Translations under genes and position numbers: made by a program
From: Octopus sinensis
Taxonomy: Eukaryota
NCBI RefSeq assembly: GCF_006345805.1
Contig: NC_042999.1
Location: 78,058,001-78,122,000, forward strand
DNA length: 64,000 bases
Reading direction: 5' to 3'
The notes under the pieces: generated by a model
Told to the model about the DNA's origin: nothing
Database searches by the model: none
What the model saw: the letters and a program-made list of their open reading frames with translations, nothing else
In this document: positions 1 to 13,580 of the stretch, piece after piece
How the letters are laid out: each line of letters begins with the position of its first letter
How positions within the stretch are numbered: the stretch's first letter is position 1

Positions 1-218
1 CAGCAGGATAGAGATGGTGGCAAAGTGCTGGGCATACTCACAAGGGACCAAAATATACATGGGATGGTTGAGTAAGAGAGATATATAGATAGTGACAAGT
101 ACCAGGGTATACCCTTGAGGTTTGTACTCTATAATATAAATGGCAAAATATTGCAAAAGAAGCAGGATCAGAGTGCAGAGGGGTGGAGTGAGTGGTGAAA
201 ACCTGGGTATATATAGAG

Positions 219-630
219 TCAGTGGGAGGGGATACCAGATAGCAATGATACAGAGGAACAGGGCTGTGAGGACAGAATTGGGGAGTGAGAGCTAGGCATG
301 GTGTATGAAGGAGGTAATGTGAGGAAGAGATGAATAGATGTAGATTGGTTTGTAGGGGTAGGGTGTGTGAAAAGTTTTCTTGTTATGTGTGGGAGGAACA
401 CACAGGTGGGGGGGGGCTAGTAAATAGCAATGATACAGTGAGACAGGGCATGAGTGGAACACACAGGTTGGAAGCTAGCAGAGAGCAATGATACAGTGAC
501 ACAAGACCAGGAGGACAGGATTGGGTAGAAAGCCTAGTGCATGAAGTGTAAATGTGAGGATGTGGAGATGTAGTTAGGTTTGTTGTGCTAGAGTGTGTGA
601 GAAATTTCCTTGTTAAGTGTGGGTGGGACA
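219..630 (-). mobile_element. Decayed Penelope-like RT fragments with diverged internal tandem duplication
   Basis: Minus translation LASNLCVP resembles the ASNLIVP stretch before the PLE RT core. The motif agcaatgatacag recurs three times. Heavily degenerate, recognised from memory only. Confidence 0.35.
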
Positions 631-785
631 CAGTGCTACTAGAATTCAGTTTTGCTGTCTATTAGGAACATGGCAGTGTACAGTATAAAGTTCGTCTGCC
701 CTCAGATACAAGATGGAAACAATTGTAGTAATTAAAAAATAACTGTCCAACTGTACTCCTTGTTGACTCCAATTTCTTCAATTAT

Positions 786-787
<2 letters not shown>

Positions 788-871
<84 letters not shown>

Positions 872-881
872 GAGAGAGAGA
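788..881. repeat. (TA)n then (GA)n microsatellite
   Basis: Direct reading of the sequence. Confidence 0.98.
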
Positions 882-972
882 AATGGTAAGACAACAAAAG
901 AATGAAAGAGACCTCGATATTATGTAAATAGAGGAATTTATCTGTAACTGTAATATGTGACAATTATTTGGT

Positions 973-1044
973 AGCCATGATAAAGCTCCGAGTTTTGGAT
1001 GCCAGGGTGGAAATCCACGCCGCCATCTCTTCAGTTATCTGGCC
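973..1044 (-). ncRNA. Type I hammerhead ribozyme, probably inactive copy
   Basis: Minus strand: GGCCA-GAUAA, CUGAAGA, stem II, then AAAA instead of GAAA, C-UCGGA-GCU instead of GUH, then UUAUC-A-UGGCU. Stems I and II are kept; G12 and U16.1 are substituted. Confidence 0.6.
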
Positions 1045-1088
1045 ATTGGAAAGAATGCTATGAAAAAAACCATAGCATTTTTTCTGAA

Positions 1089-1158
1089 GGCCGGATAACT
1101 GAAGAGATGGCGGCGTGGAACTCCACCCCGGCATCCGAAACTCAGTTTTATCATGGCT
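1089..1158 (+). ncRNA. Type I hammerhead ribozyme
   Basis: Stem I GGCCG-GAUAA (1089-1098) pairs with UUAUC-a-UGGCU (1148-1158). CUGAAGA at 1099-1105. Stem II 1106-1135 has two mismatches and an unpaired C1136. GAAA at 1137-1140. Minimal stem III AC/GU with a UCA loop. Triplet GUU, predicted cut after 1147. Confidence 0.75.
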
Positions 1159-1169
1159 ACCAAATAATT

Positions 1170-1172
<3 letters not shown>

Positions 1173-1239
<67 letters not shown>
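1173..1239. repeat. (TA)n(CATA)n(CA)n microsatellite
   Basis: Direct reading of the sequence. Confidence 0.97.
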
Positions 1240-3950
1240 TGCTGATCATGCTTGCCTTTTCTCTTTTTTAAGAAAATTTTTCAGATGCTATGAATTTCAG
1301 ATATGAATAATATTTGGGAAATGCCAACATACTATAAAATGTTCTCAATTTTAGTAATTAACTATCTCTTATTTGGAACTTTTTTTTTTAAAAAAAAAAA
1401 AAAAGCTAAATCATCTTTACTTTTTAAATTTATTTTATTCTATGTTATTCAAAAAAGATTACTTTACTGACAGTTAATTAACACAGAAAGAAAAGTAATT
1501 AAACTTTTTCCATTACACTTTGAAAAGTAAATAGAAATTTAGGTAATTACAACTGTAACCAATGGCTAATTCTGAACTGTTATATATAGACATAAACATC
1601 CACCCACATTTTTTCCCTACATTAAACTTGCCTTTTTTTTCTTTTTCTTTAAGTCATTTTTTTTCATTTCTTTTCTTTTTTAAATCACTAAATTTTTGCA
1701 ATCAATAAATAATGAAATGCTATTCTTGAATTCTTAACAGAATTTTCCTATTATCTAAACACTATAGTTTATGAATTTAAATATTTAACTGTAGATTTTT
1801 CTTTATTTGAATCTAACCAGTTTGAACAGTTTTATAAATTCAGTCATTGGTATAAATTGTTGTCGTTGAAGTAAGATTTCCTTGTAAGCCAGTATATGTT
1901 GATGTTAACAAGCCAATGAACGAAATGAAAGCAGAGATATTTTTCAATTAAGCTGACTACAGCAAACAAAACAAAAAAAATGTCTCTCCAATACAGTTTA
2001 GTGCTAGTTGCAGTGTTTGTGCTACAGGTTAGTAATAGTGAGCCTTCAAAATTGCATAGCTTTAATAACTCAGAAGTAAAATAGTTGTGAACTGTTAGCT
2101 CTAAGTTGGGTCAAAATCCACAATATATTTATTATCCTGGCAGCCAGGTAACTTCCTCATTTCATTATTTGTAGTAAACTGATGTCCTAGCCCCACAGGA
2201 CCTTGAGGTTTGACTTTATTATCAACCAATACATCAATGATTTGTCTTCTTTCATATGTAGATTGTTTTCTATATATTTTAAACTGTAATTTACATTAGT
2301 TGTGTTGAATTGTATCTAAACTTGCAAAAAGAAAACAAAAGAGGGAGAAGTTTTCATCATCTCGTATCTTAATCCATTTGTAAAAGTCAGCTAATTGACA
2401 GAATTGTTAGTGTTCAATGAATTCACTGCAGTATTTATTCTGGTACCTAGTGTTCCAAGTTCAACTTTGCTTTTCATCCACCTGGGACCAATCTATAAAA
2501 CACTGGTCTAGGGTGGTGAACTAGCAGAAATGTTACAGCAGTGGATATGCACCTTGTATTTTTCTGGCTCTTTGCATTTAGAGCTCAAATACTGCTATGG
2601 CCTACTTGCGTGATAAACTTAATCCATCATTTAGTTTAGCACCCCATTCCAGCCCCAGCACCTAGAGTAAGATTAGTAGAATCCTCAGTTGCAAGTATTT
2701 AGACCACAACCTAAATTTTTTAGCTGAAGGAAAGAATATTTTTGCACTGTAAAAATTATTTATTTTTGGTCATTAGCAATCAAGCAAACCTATGATGAAG
2801 GCTTTCCAAATGTGACCATTTCAAGTTATGTACCTAACTACATTATCTAGTGTCTTTCCTGTTGCCATGTATTATGAAACTTAACAGTAAAGGAACTCTG
2901 CATAAAAGAGGTTTTAGAATCCATTCATAATGAGGGGAACAATACCTGAAATACACAGACATTGATAACAAAGTATAGGACAGTTCAACACTGTTTTACA
3001 ACTACAAAGATAAAAAACACCTACTCCACAAAAAAAGTGAGGCTTATTTAACATAAGTCACTTATTTTTTTCCAGTCATCAATTGGTTATAACTGCTCCT
3101 GATTTGTATTCTACCAAACTGTTTGTGTAAAATTTTTGGTTTGCTTGGTGAATTTCTATTATTTATCATCAGATCTCTCTCAACTGAGTTTGTTGAGCTA
3201 TATATTCTGATCTTGTAACTTACGAACTCACATTGTTTAAACCTACAATATTTTCCCCCATAATGTAAGTTTTATCAGGGTACTTTTTTTTATAGTTAAA
3301 GCAATACGAAACACTAAAATTTAAGATCACATACTTTTGAAGTAGACTAATCTCATTTTGCACTATTGTAGGAAATAGCCTCTTCACTACTACTACTACT
3401 ACAACTACACACACACAAAACACTATAGACTACTTACAACAGTTCTTGACAGTGATTTCAACTCCAGAAGGATAACAGACAAAGACTTCTTTGATAGAAT
3501 TTGAACTCAAAATTTGAAGTTCAGTATTTTCCTTACACACTACTAATCTACAATGGAATGTACCTCATACCTTTCCAATTCAGTGCAAATGGTACAAAAC
3601 AATATTTGATCAACATCAGAATTATCCAAAAATTACACCTTTTTTTTTTTAAACATACTGTAAGAAATTAATGAAACCAATCACAGATATAATATAAAAA
3701 AAAATACAAAATACTCTCAAACTTATCATTTAAGCCATTATTGATCATTATTTTATTAAAACAGAAATATCTATAAGGAATCCTCCATACTTTCTACTGA
3801 GCCATGTAACATGATCTACCAGAAAAATAGAGCTTCAAAGAGTTAAAAGGTAAAAAAATATTTATTTTATAATCGGAAAATACAAATGATAAAAATAGAA
3901 GGTTCATTTTATTATTCCTAGAATGTAGTCGACTTGTCAGCAGCTCATAC

Positions 3951-4077
3951 CATTGTGAGAAACTAAAATGGTTAACAATGAACCTTCACAAAATTTTATA
4001 CAAGCTGTCATTCTGTGATTGATTCTAAATATGACATTTTTGAGCAGTTCATTAATAATTGCCAATGGCGAATAAGC
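3951..4077 (-). CDS. Candidate internal coding exon, unidentified protein (AYSPLAIINELLKNVIFRINHRMTACIKFCEGSLLTILVSHN)
   Basis: Acceptor tcttcatcatcatcttag, 127 nt open in phase 0 to 1, donor G|gtatga. No homology recognised. Confidence 0.45.
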
Positions 4078-7000
4078 CTAAGATGATGATGAAGAGAATA
4101 TTTGTACAATATTCAGTTGGACAATGACAGTAAATTCACTGTCAAAAAATTTATTTCCCTTTTAATTCATTTTTATAACTAAGCTGAGAATGTATTATAA
4201 TAAAAACGAGTCAGTGGTCAATAAAATAGATAGTAATACATTTCAGTAGAAAATGTTAAAATCTCTAAGTACAGTACGAAGTAATGTGTTAGCCCAGAGA
4301 TAACTAAATTCAAACATTACTTTAGCTACTGATCTACATTTCTAACAAGTGATTCCACACTTAGTGTTAATTAAATAACAATTACTCAACTGTAAAAGTA
4401 ACTGCTCCAACAAAAACAATGTAAGGTGGGGGGGGGGAGAGAAGTTGACATAAAAACAGTGCAAGGTCATTGAAAAGAAATTTTTTGACATATCAGATAT
4501 TATATATTTGACATATCAAATATAAAGAAGAGAGTACATAAAGATTGTGATGTTCATGGGAATGATGACTACATTAATGGTGAAGGTTGTGTGATGATAT
4601 TTTAGTAACATTAGCATTTTCAATCCAATAAAGACATTTTAGAAATTATTTTAGCATATACCATACATGAAGTCTCTTCAACATATTTATAGAACTACCT
4701 AAAACCACTTTAAGAACTATGTGTGTAATGTACAGGTGTGCAGTAAGACTAGTTATCTTTGGGAGAGGGCAGAGTCAAACAACTTCACAGAAATATATCT
4801 ATTTAAATAGTGATTGCAGTGTGGGAGTAACTTTTAGTAAGCCAAATCTAAATACTGATTTTGATTCTCAGTTAAAACTGCTTCCTTTACATCACTAATG
4901 CTCTTTGGGAATGGCATAATTGACACATTATCCAATATCCTCTCCATTATTTATTAAGACTTCAAGGGATAAACAAGCAATTATAAAATTAAGAAAAAAA
5001 ACAAATTGTGATATATACACTACTTCTTTAAATTTAGATAAAATTCTCTTTAAAAACATTCTTTAAAAGTACTTCTGAATAGAAATTTGTTCCAGATTTT
5101 TAAAACAAAAAGTAGAATTTGTAGAGACACACCCCTTAGAGTTGCAGATACCATCGAAGTTTGAGATAAAATGTTTTAAGCCAATTTACTACATTCAGTT
5201 AATTACAAACCACAATTAAGAGAAAGTACTAAGCTTCATGATAGAGTAGCAGAAATAATAGCAGATTTTAAGAGCTCTTTCAGTAAGGAACAACTTGCAC
5301 TAGTTCATGGCAATGCTCTACAGATTTGAGTTCTTTGGAAAATAAATTCTTTGTAGCGTTTGCAGAGACCAATCTAAAGTATTAATTATTTTACATGATT
5401 TCATGTGTATAAGGGAAAGTGAATGACATAGATGGCATTCATAGGAGGGGATCTACTTACACTTTAACAAGCAAAATATAGCAACAAAAACTTCCTAAAC
5501 AAACTCTTTACTATATTTAAAATGAAAATGTTTTAAGTAATAAGCACTTAATGCCAGTCAAAAATTGTTACTTCTAAGTCTACCAACAAGAACTAACCTA
5601 AACTACCGCATCCCCAACCCCCATCCCCAAAACACACATACACACACATACACAAATATTGATTTCTTGCCGGGTGCAAGGCCAATGTTTCTGTATGGAG
5701 AGATGTATATTTGAGTGAATTAACAATGATTTGTTTGCTATTATTCTAATTTACTTTGCAACACCTATTTGGCAAAAACAACAATTTGCTTTAACAAACA
5801 GTAGGTTAAATGTTAAATACATGCTATTACTTCATAAGTACCTGAAATAATTAAACAACAAGTAATCTAATAAGTGTTCTCCACACACATGCACTGATTT
5901 CTTATCCAAGCAGAAGGCTACAAATTCATAAAGGAGTGGAGTGACATTATGTAGTTCCAATTACCTTTAATTGAAATACCATCAGAAAGACAGAATAAAA
6001 ACATGGAAAAAGGAATAGTTAAAGAAGAGAGTAAGAGCAAAAGTAGTTGACTAATAAATGCCACAAAGTGTGGACATTGAAGCTCTGAACTTTGGTGGAA
6101 AAACATTTGAAATACTGTTATGTCAATCTGGACTGTTTATTATCTAGTTGCTGTTGTGGACCATTTGGTTGCAGTTGTGGACCACTTGGCTTTTTAAATG
6201 AGTATTTTATCCAAAATTTAAGACTTTGGCATGTGGTCTTTATTGAAAGGGAGCTGGCTAACATTCATAAGTTTCAACCACTCCATACAAAGCAATATCA
6301 CTGGTTTTTATTCTTTGGTGACAAAGAAAATAACAGATGTGTTGAGGTGTTACAGCATACTATTGATAGAGGGTTTAGCAAAAATAGATGTTATTGAAGA
6401 TAAAGAAAAGAATGCAATATTCTTTTAAATCACACCCTATTTTTCTAGTTATACATATGCATGTAATAATTAACAGTAGAGTGACAGTTATGATATAACA
6501 TTAGATATGTTTTTTCGCATATAATTACATCCTTCTTTGTACCAAGTAGTAAATATGTCTAGAGATCATTATGAACCTTCTACAAAATTTGAAGTCCTTT
6601 ATAATAATGTCAATATCTTTAAGCAGCAACCAGGAGTTATTTATTACTGGTTTTCACAAATACTACAAATATAAAATTAATTTAAAAACTACACTACTTT
6701 CGGAATACATTTAGTACAGTTACTAGTAAAGAGTTAAAGTCATCTTGAAACTTTTCTTCACAAAAAATCCAGTTTCTGATCCCAGCAGCAAAGAATATCC
6801 TAATTAACCTTTAATTCAGACATGTAGTTGATAGGGACTCAATCAGAGCAGTTTTCAAATTAAATTTGAGGTAATAAGCCAGCAAACTTGCTAAACAGGA
6901 AAAAAAAAATAATAATTTAAGAATAAATGAATTCAGGTCAAGTATTTTTTTTCTTAATTATATACACCACATAAAAACTTACAATAAGCTCCAACATACA

Positions 7001-9127
7001 AAAAGAATATTGTTGAGGTCATAAAAATTTATAAACTTCAAGAGAACATGAAATAATTCTATTTTGGAATGATGGATCTTCAAGCAGATAAAGCTATATT
7101 CTTTCTTAATAATAATTTGCAAAAAAAAAAAACGACCAAAAAAATTTTTTAATTATAATCAGCTCTTAAAATCAAGAGAAAGCCTAACAAATATTAAAAG
7201 CTTTTGTATTTTAATTTTGATTGAAATTATTACATTAATTGAGAACTCTAATTATCAGTAATTTTATAAAACCTCAAATTTATTTTACACATATCTGTGT
7301 ATGCATGCATTTTTCAAATATATATATTTTATATCGTTTATTTTCAAAATGTATTTAATAGGCTTTAAAAAAATGAAAATAAAAAAAATAACATTTCTAA
7401 GTTTCAGTGAAATGCATCGAGCAAAATTAGTTTTATTTTCTGGTGGAAATAATGCATTATTTTTGGACAAAACTGTTTACTTCAACCATAATTGTATAAA
7501 ATTTAAAAAACAAAAAACTATCCAAATCCACACACGCATGGCCAATCATCGCTTGCTCTTAAGCAGGATAAAAAAATTATTAGCTACATGCCTAATTTTT
7601 GTTTAGATTAATTATTTATACTGATGAAATGATTTTTCAGGTTGCTTTATAAAACACTTCATGATCATCGTTGGTAAACAATTTCACCATGTTATTTCTT
7701 CAGGTTATTAGTTGTCATCAATGGATAGCAAGTTGTAGGTTTTGAAAGGCTTGATTTTTACCCCATATACTTATTTGATAGTTTGCTCAACAGGAAAGGA
7801 TGGAATCTCCATTATATTGGCATGATTTCAACCATAAACATCATCAGTAGTGCAAAAGACAAGTTTGTCAGGGATATTCAGATGATGGACATCTAAGTGG
7901 TGGGATTACTGAGATGAGCAAAAACTAAAAAATAATATAATTATAAAGAACACACATTGTCTTAACATGGAAATTCGAGATCCAAATACACAAATTATAG
8001 TTTCCTCATCTAAATTTTGTTATTTACAAAGTTATTAAGCTCTAAGGAAATAAGGAAAAATAATTTAAACAAACAAAACTAAGTTATAAATACCTTAATG
8101 TAAGCCAAAAATAAAGTGTGTAAATGAATAGCAATAAAAACTATACTGTAATAACCATAAGAATGATCATACACATTCAAACACATACACACATAAATTC
8201 TGGAGACATTCCACTACAGCTGAAAAATTTGAAGGAAAAATGAGTTTAAAAAAAATATTTTGTTAAATATGTCAACTCTTCCAGATATATATATCTTAAA
8301 TTATCTCATAAATTTTAAAAAACTGTATTAGAAACAAGGTGTGAGTAAACAAACATATATAAATTGGAGCAGGCTTGGCTGTCTGGCTAAGAATCTGTTT
8401 GCAACTATATGCCAATCCCACTACATGGCCCCTGGGGTATGTAAATGCAGCCTGAGATTGACCAATACTTTGTGAATGAAATTGAGTAGATGGGGGTTGT
8501 ATGGTAGAGAAAGAGAGATTGTCTCTCATAAATAAAAAAAAAAGTCTGGCAGCTAAGTGGTAAAAATGTCATGTGCACATTCATATGTTTGTATACCAAT
8601 AAAGAACATGAACATCTGGCCAGAAAGGTAATTGGGATGAGGTAAAAGAATGGTGACACCCCCTTATCACTTTGATTTGTTTTACTCATATTAGAAACAA
8701 TATGCTGATGCTAAAATGAATAAATAGAGAGTAAAAAGAAATCTATAAGTAGTAGGATGTTCTTAAAGTAGGATTAATCATCACCATTTCCCATCCACTT
8801 TTCTATGTTGGCTTGAGTAGGATGGATCTGTAAGGTTTAAGCCAGTTCTTACTGGATTGGGGAAGATGCCACACATTCTATTTGTTGTCATGGTTTCTAC
8901 AGATGGATGCCTTTCCTCTCACAAACTACTTGACAAAATGTATAAGGTATTTTATCATAGCACTAGCATTAGTGAGTGCCTTTTCCCAGGAAAGACTAGA
9001 GTCCTTTCTACATTCATTGGCACCAGAAAGGTTATCTAGTCCTTGATAAGACAAAAGAGACATTATTAGCAGTGAAATAGTCTGGGGTTGGGTTAGAGAG
9101 TATCTTCTACCCTATATCAGTCTAGGC

Positions 9128-10566
9128 CATAGCTTCCCAGAGTGGGCGATATTGCCCACTGGTGGGTGATTTCAATTTACAAGTGGGTGATGGGCGAATT
9201 TCTACAAAATGGTGGACGATTTGAGATTTGGGTGGGTGATATGAACATTTTGTAGGTGACAATGAATTTTTAGAAATTAAATCTGCATTTACTGATATCT
9301 AGGCATGCCTAGAATAAGGATGCACTTTTATCGATTTGACCACTCGCATGAGACATCCATTTGTATTAAAAACGCGGACTTGTTTATCGATCGAATAGTT
9401 TTTATCATGCAGTCATTGGGATGGTCATCATGCGTGCTAAAAATAGCAGCCAAATAGGCCTAGGCCTTAAATTACACTCCACTGATGGCTGCAAGGTGCA
9501 ATATCTTTTTTCTTTGTAATATGTTCACAAAATTAAATAAGTTATTGCAAGGAAACAGAAAAACTCCTGCTGATTGTAAATCATTTATCACTACCTTCAT
9601 TTCAAAATTGGTGTTGTATAAGACTAACATTTCAAAATGTCAATTCCATCAATTTCCACAACTTGATTCTTTGAAAGATGAGTTAGTTGATGAGGATTTA
9701 ACTACATATCACAACTATTTGCAATCATTGCATGATAACATGGTGGAGTGGTTTTAAGATGTTATTGTGCTGAATATTCCAAATTGGTATAGCAAGCCAT
9801 GTGAGGTCGATGCAGTCGATTGCAAGGATGACATTCAGTAGGAATTGATAGAATTACAAAATAACAATGCGATATTGCCATAATGGCAAAGAAGGTTTGT
9901 AGTACCATCAGAAAATATTGAATTCCTACCCCAATCTGTGGAAACCTCTGAAATTACTTTTGCTTGCCCTCCCTACCTCATACCTGGTTGAATCTGGTTT
10001 TTACCATGTTGAAACTTTACTTTCCCATAAAAGAATCGGACGGAATGTGACACAACAAGGAGACTTGCGGCTAAAGTTGACAAGTTTGAAACTGAATGTA
10101 TCTGCACTAGCTGCATTGCACCAGACACATGGTTTTCATTAAAAAGTTTTATTCTTTTCTGTTATAATTCAATCATTAATTATTTTTGCATTGGTAGTTC
10201 TGATCAATGGTTCACTTAGAGAAAATGATAATCAGTGTAAAAGAAAGCGCAAGTTTCCAGAATTTAATCTGTCTGAAAAATATAGATTTAAAGTTAGAAT
10301 TTTCTTGACACTAATGGCAAAACTAAACCCACAATAAGGTGCTTGTAAACAACTGCATATTTAGTACAAAATATGCACTAACAGGGCAACGAGTCTACAA
10401 TATAGTGGGTGTCAAATGATATTGGGAGTGGGGGTGGGGGGACTAGGGAATTTTGTGTTGGGGGTTGTGTCAGGGTTTTTTTTTTTACACAGGTGGACGA
10501 TGGAGCCTTTTTTGGCTGTTAGGTGGGCGATATTGCAATTTGGCGTGGAAAGTTTGTGAAACATTA
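9128..10566 (+). mobile_element. Internally deleted hAT transposon (Buster/Charlie, ZBED8-like) with C-terminal transposase remnants
   Basis: 8-bp TSD gtcTAggc (9120-9127) and atcTAggc (10567-10574). Degenerate TIRs catagcttcccagagt and agtttgtgaaacatta. ORF pieces 9485-9757 and 9918-10142 (YPNLWKPLKLLLLALPTSYLVESGF...GDLRLKLT) match the hAT dimerisation domain, broken by stops and frameshifts. Confidence 0.9.
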
Positions 10567-10656
10567 ATCTAGGCTAAAAAGTCTTACCAGCAACTCAGGA
10601 TTACCTAAAAAGAACTCTTCTATATTATTTAGATTTTACATTTTTTTATTTTCTTC

Positions 10657-10896
10657 TTAAAGCCTGATACTTATTCTATCAATCTTTGCTAAGTTACAGG
10701 GACATAAACACACCAACAATGGTAGTCAAAAAGTGGTGGAGAACAAACACAGACATACACGTCTTCTTTCAGTTTCCATCGACCAAATCCACTCACAAAG
10801 CTTTAATCAGCCTGAGGCTATAGTAGAAGACACTTGCCCAAGGTGCCATGCATTGGGACTGAACCCGGAACCATGTTGTTGGGAAGCAGCCATGCC
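10657..10896 (-). mobile_element. tRNA-headed CORE-type SINE, partial
   Basis: Minus strand reads tRNA-like head, then ccttgggcaagtgtcttctactatagcc. Homologous to 55580-55944. Confidence 0.8.
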
Positions 10897-13044
10897 TAAC
10901 AAATAAATAGATCTAACTGCCAAACTTCAAATAAAGATGTACTAAGCACACCTTTTCTTGTGTGACATACCCTTTTAAAACATTTAAATATCTTTAAAAC
11001 ACATCTACTTAAAATACTATAAATATATAAACTTGACAACTAACATGAAAGCTCATCATAGAAGTTAACACTAATGCTATTTTATTTCATAATAAGAGAT
11101 CAATAAATAATTATTTCCATATGGTTACAAATTCAAACATTTCTCCAGCCAATGTGGTGTTGTGCAATATAAATAACTGTTTATATCAACTGGCCTAGCA
11201 GACAAAACATTATTTCATATTTCTTGAAATAAGATAATTTATCAAACTAAGATGGAAGTGCATCATATTTTCTTCACTGTTATTCTAACCTCTCTGAAGC
11301 CAAACTTACTTTATCAGTGATGTTTAGAATGTTTGTTAATCTTTAATACATATGCATGCACATTCACACAGATAGGAAAGGGTTTCCAGTATTGCAAGGG
11401 ATTTAGAAGAGCTTGCAAAACCTCTAGATAGCTCCTGCAGTTCATGCATAGGACAAAGCATCTCTGGTGTTTATTTCTCTCTCTCTCTCTCTCACCCCCC
11501 CCCCCACACACAGAGGTAAATCTCCAAGTTTTTCAATTATGAAGCAAAAAATTAGAGAGCTAGTCTAGTTTCAAAAATACTGTCTCTTAAATACCAATAT
11601 AGTTACAAAATAATTCTTTAAGTTTCCAAAACTCATACAAATTGTTAAATAAGAAATTAGCTATAAAAGTAAAGTATGTTGGGATATAAAAAAAAACTCA
11701 GTATAAAATCATTAAAGCATGTTTCTGCTCTATAATCTACTATGCCTGTCAGAGTTTCAGCGATGACATAATATCCTCTTGCCTTCTCCAAGTTGGCATG
11801 AAGCTTAACATTTCTTATTGTAGAGAAAGAGGAAAATATTAACCAATTTCCAAAACACCAGGAGGAGAAAACTACATAAAACAGCTGTAGGGTGTTAAAA
11901 AGAAATCTGTCACTAATTGAGTTTTACTAACAGTTTTACTCAACCTGATGGATTTCTTTACCATACAATCCAAAAGTTTTCATACGAAATGGTAATTACA
12001 ATGTTCATGACTTTCTTAAGCATATTACTGGTAATATGCCTAAGAAGAAACAACTGGTAAGCAAAACTGTTGTGAGACTCCACTTATTAGGAACTTACAT
12101 AGTATTAGAATACCAACAATGGGAAGAGAGAGGGTGCACAAGCACCAAACAATGTTGATGGCACAATTAAAAGATTATGTAAGCTTACAAAAATAGAAAA
12201 TCCATAGCAGAAGCAATAATGTGAAGTAGAACTTAATGCAAGAGAGAAATGTATATTCCATTAACTATTTTAAAAATATGAGAACAGGCTTTTATCATTA
12301 ACTGTAAAGAGATAAAAAGATGTAATGTCCACTGAACAGAACTGGAGAAAAGAACAAACTGTGTTTTTCAATGCACATGAAAATATGTAAAGTTTACATC
12401 TAAAAGCAGATTTTCAAAACATAACACTCTCGCAGACGTTATTTCAAAGTTTTTTTTAATGCTTACTGAGCAGATAAAGAACCATCACCATCACTATCTC
12501 TGATGAGTTGCTGAGATGACATTTATAATTATCACATTTTCTATCATCCTTTGCATTATTTAAAATATGAATGGTACATTATCTAAATCTCCTCTCACAT
12601 ACATTTGGTATGGGGGAGGGAGAGGGGGATTATCTGTTATGTATTACAGCAACATTCCCACACACAATATATACTAAAGTTCAAATTCACTACAACCAAA
12701 TATGTTACTGTACTTGTTTAAGACAATAAAATAGGATTCTCTGTATCTTAGTTGATGTCTGTTAATTTTGTTGTAGACTAGTGCTGGCAAGAAAGTAGAT
12801 AAAATAATGCTTAGAAACAACCCATATATCAGACTCTAAACATACTTTGTAGCTAAAACTACAAAAATAAAAGGCGCTATGTTTACCATTTTGTAAATCC
12901 TTGGTCAGAAGATAGAGTTTCTTGTTTGTATACTTTCCCAACATGAAAATGTTAGTGTTCACAAAATCTATGCTGCCAACATCAGCAGTAAAAAATGGGA
13001 AAAGTAAAAATATGTAAATATATTTGATTGAAGCACTGGTTTAA

Positions 13045-13264
13045 CCCTTTAGCATTCAGATTACCCTGTCAAATGTAAAGCCCGTTTAATCACATTGTTT
13101 TAAATTAATTGTATAGCATCTTGTAACTCTGAGATTTTGATGATGTCTCTGTTTATTTTTAGAATGACTTTGTAGGGTAGGTGTGAGAGGTCAGAGCTGG
13201 CTGGTTTGAGCATATAACAGGAAGACAATTTTGGCCTGGTATGGCCGGTTTAAACACTAAAGGG
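13045..13264 (+). mobile_element. piggyBac-type MITE (TTAA TSD), copy 1
   Basis: ttaa|ccctttag...ctaaaggg|ttaa. Homologous to 13581-13800. Confidence 0.9.
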
Positions 13265-13580
13265 TTAAATTGATAGTTCAGGCTCCAAACATTCAGTTAA
13301 TACCTCTTAAATTAGTTGATACAAAAAGTTATACAAAGTAAACCAAGCTTCAACCAAATGCCATTTCAATTCTTTACATATTTAAAATTTATAAATTACC
13401 TTTCTTTCTAAGATTTGAAGTAACCTATATTATATGCCAAAATCATGGCACAAAAAGCATGAAGAACAAGTCTTTAAAAAAAATTTTGAGTAAAGAAAAG
13501 ATTATATACATAACTGAATAGAGAAGATATGGAACTCAAATTCAGATTCATAGCAGAAGTTTTGTCATGGTCCAGTTTAA

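Larger units (their letters stand above)
882..1170. mobile_element. Penelope-like terminal-repeat fold-back carrying two inverted hammerhead copies
   Basis: 961-1044 is the reverse complement of 1089-1170 with a few differences. The spacer holds its own hairpin (aatgctatg/catagcatt). (TA)n lies on both sides. Confidence 0.7.

Noticed and set aside
6118-6240. Possible terminal exon ending PQLQPNGPQQQLDNKQSRLT*
   Set aside because: The pattern comes from a 21-bp imperfect tandem duplication, and the acceptor is poor.
7868-7924. Acceptor followed by FLLISVIPPLRCPSSEYP*
   Set aside because: All frames close quickly, and it cannot be linked to other exons.
11746-12510. Phase-compatible short exons 12467-12510 and 11746-11813 giving QLIRDSDGDGSLSAQNVKLHANLEKARGYYVIAETLT, with an EF-hand-like DxDGDG
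   Set aside because: Weak first acceptor, a non-consensus GC donor is required, and the EF-hand lacks the position-12 acidic residue.
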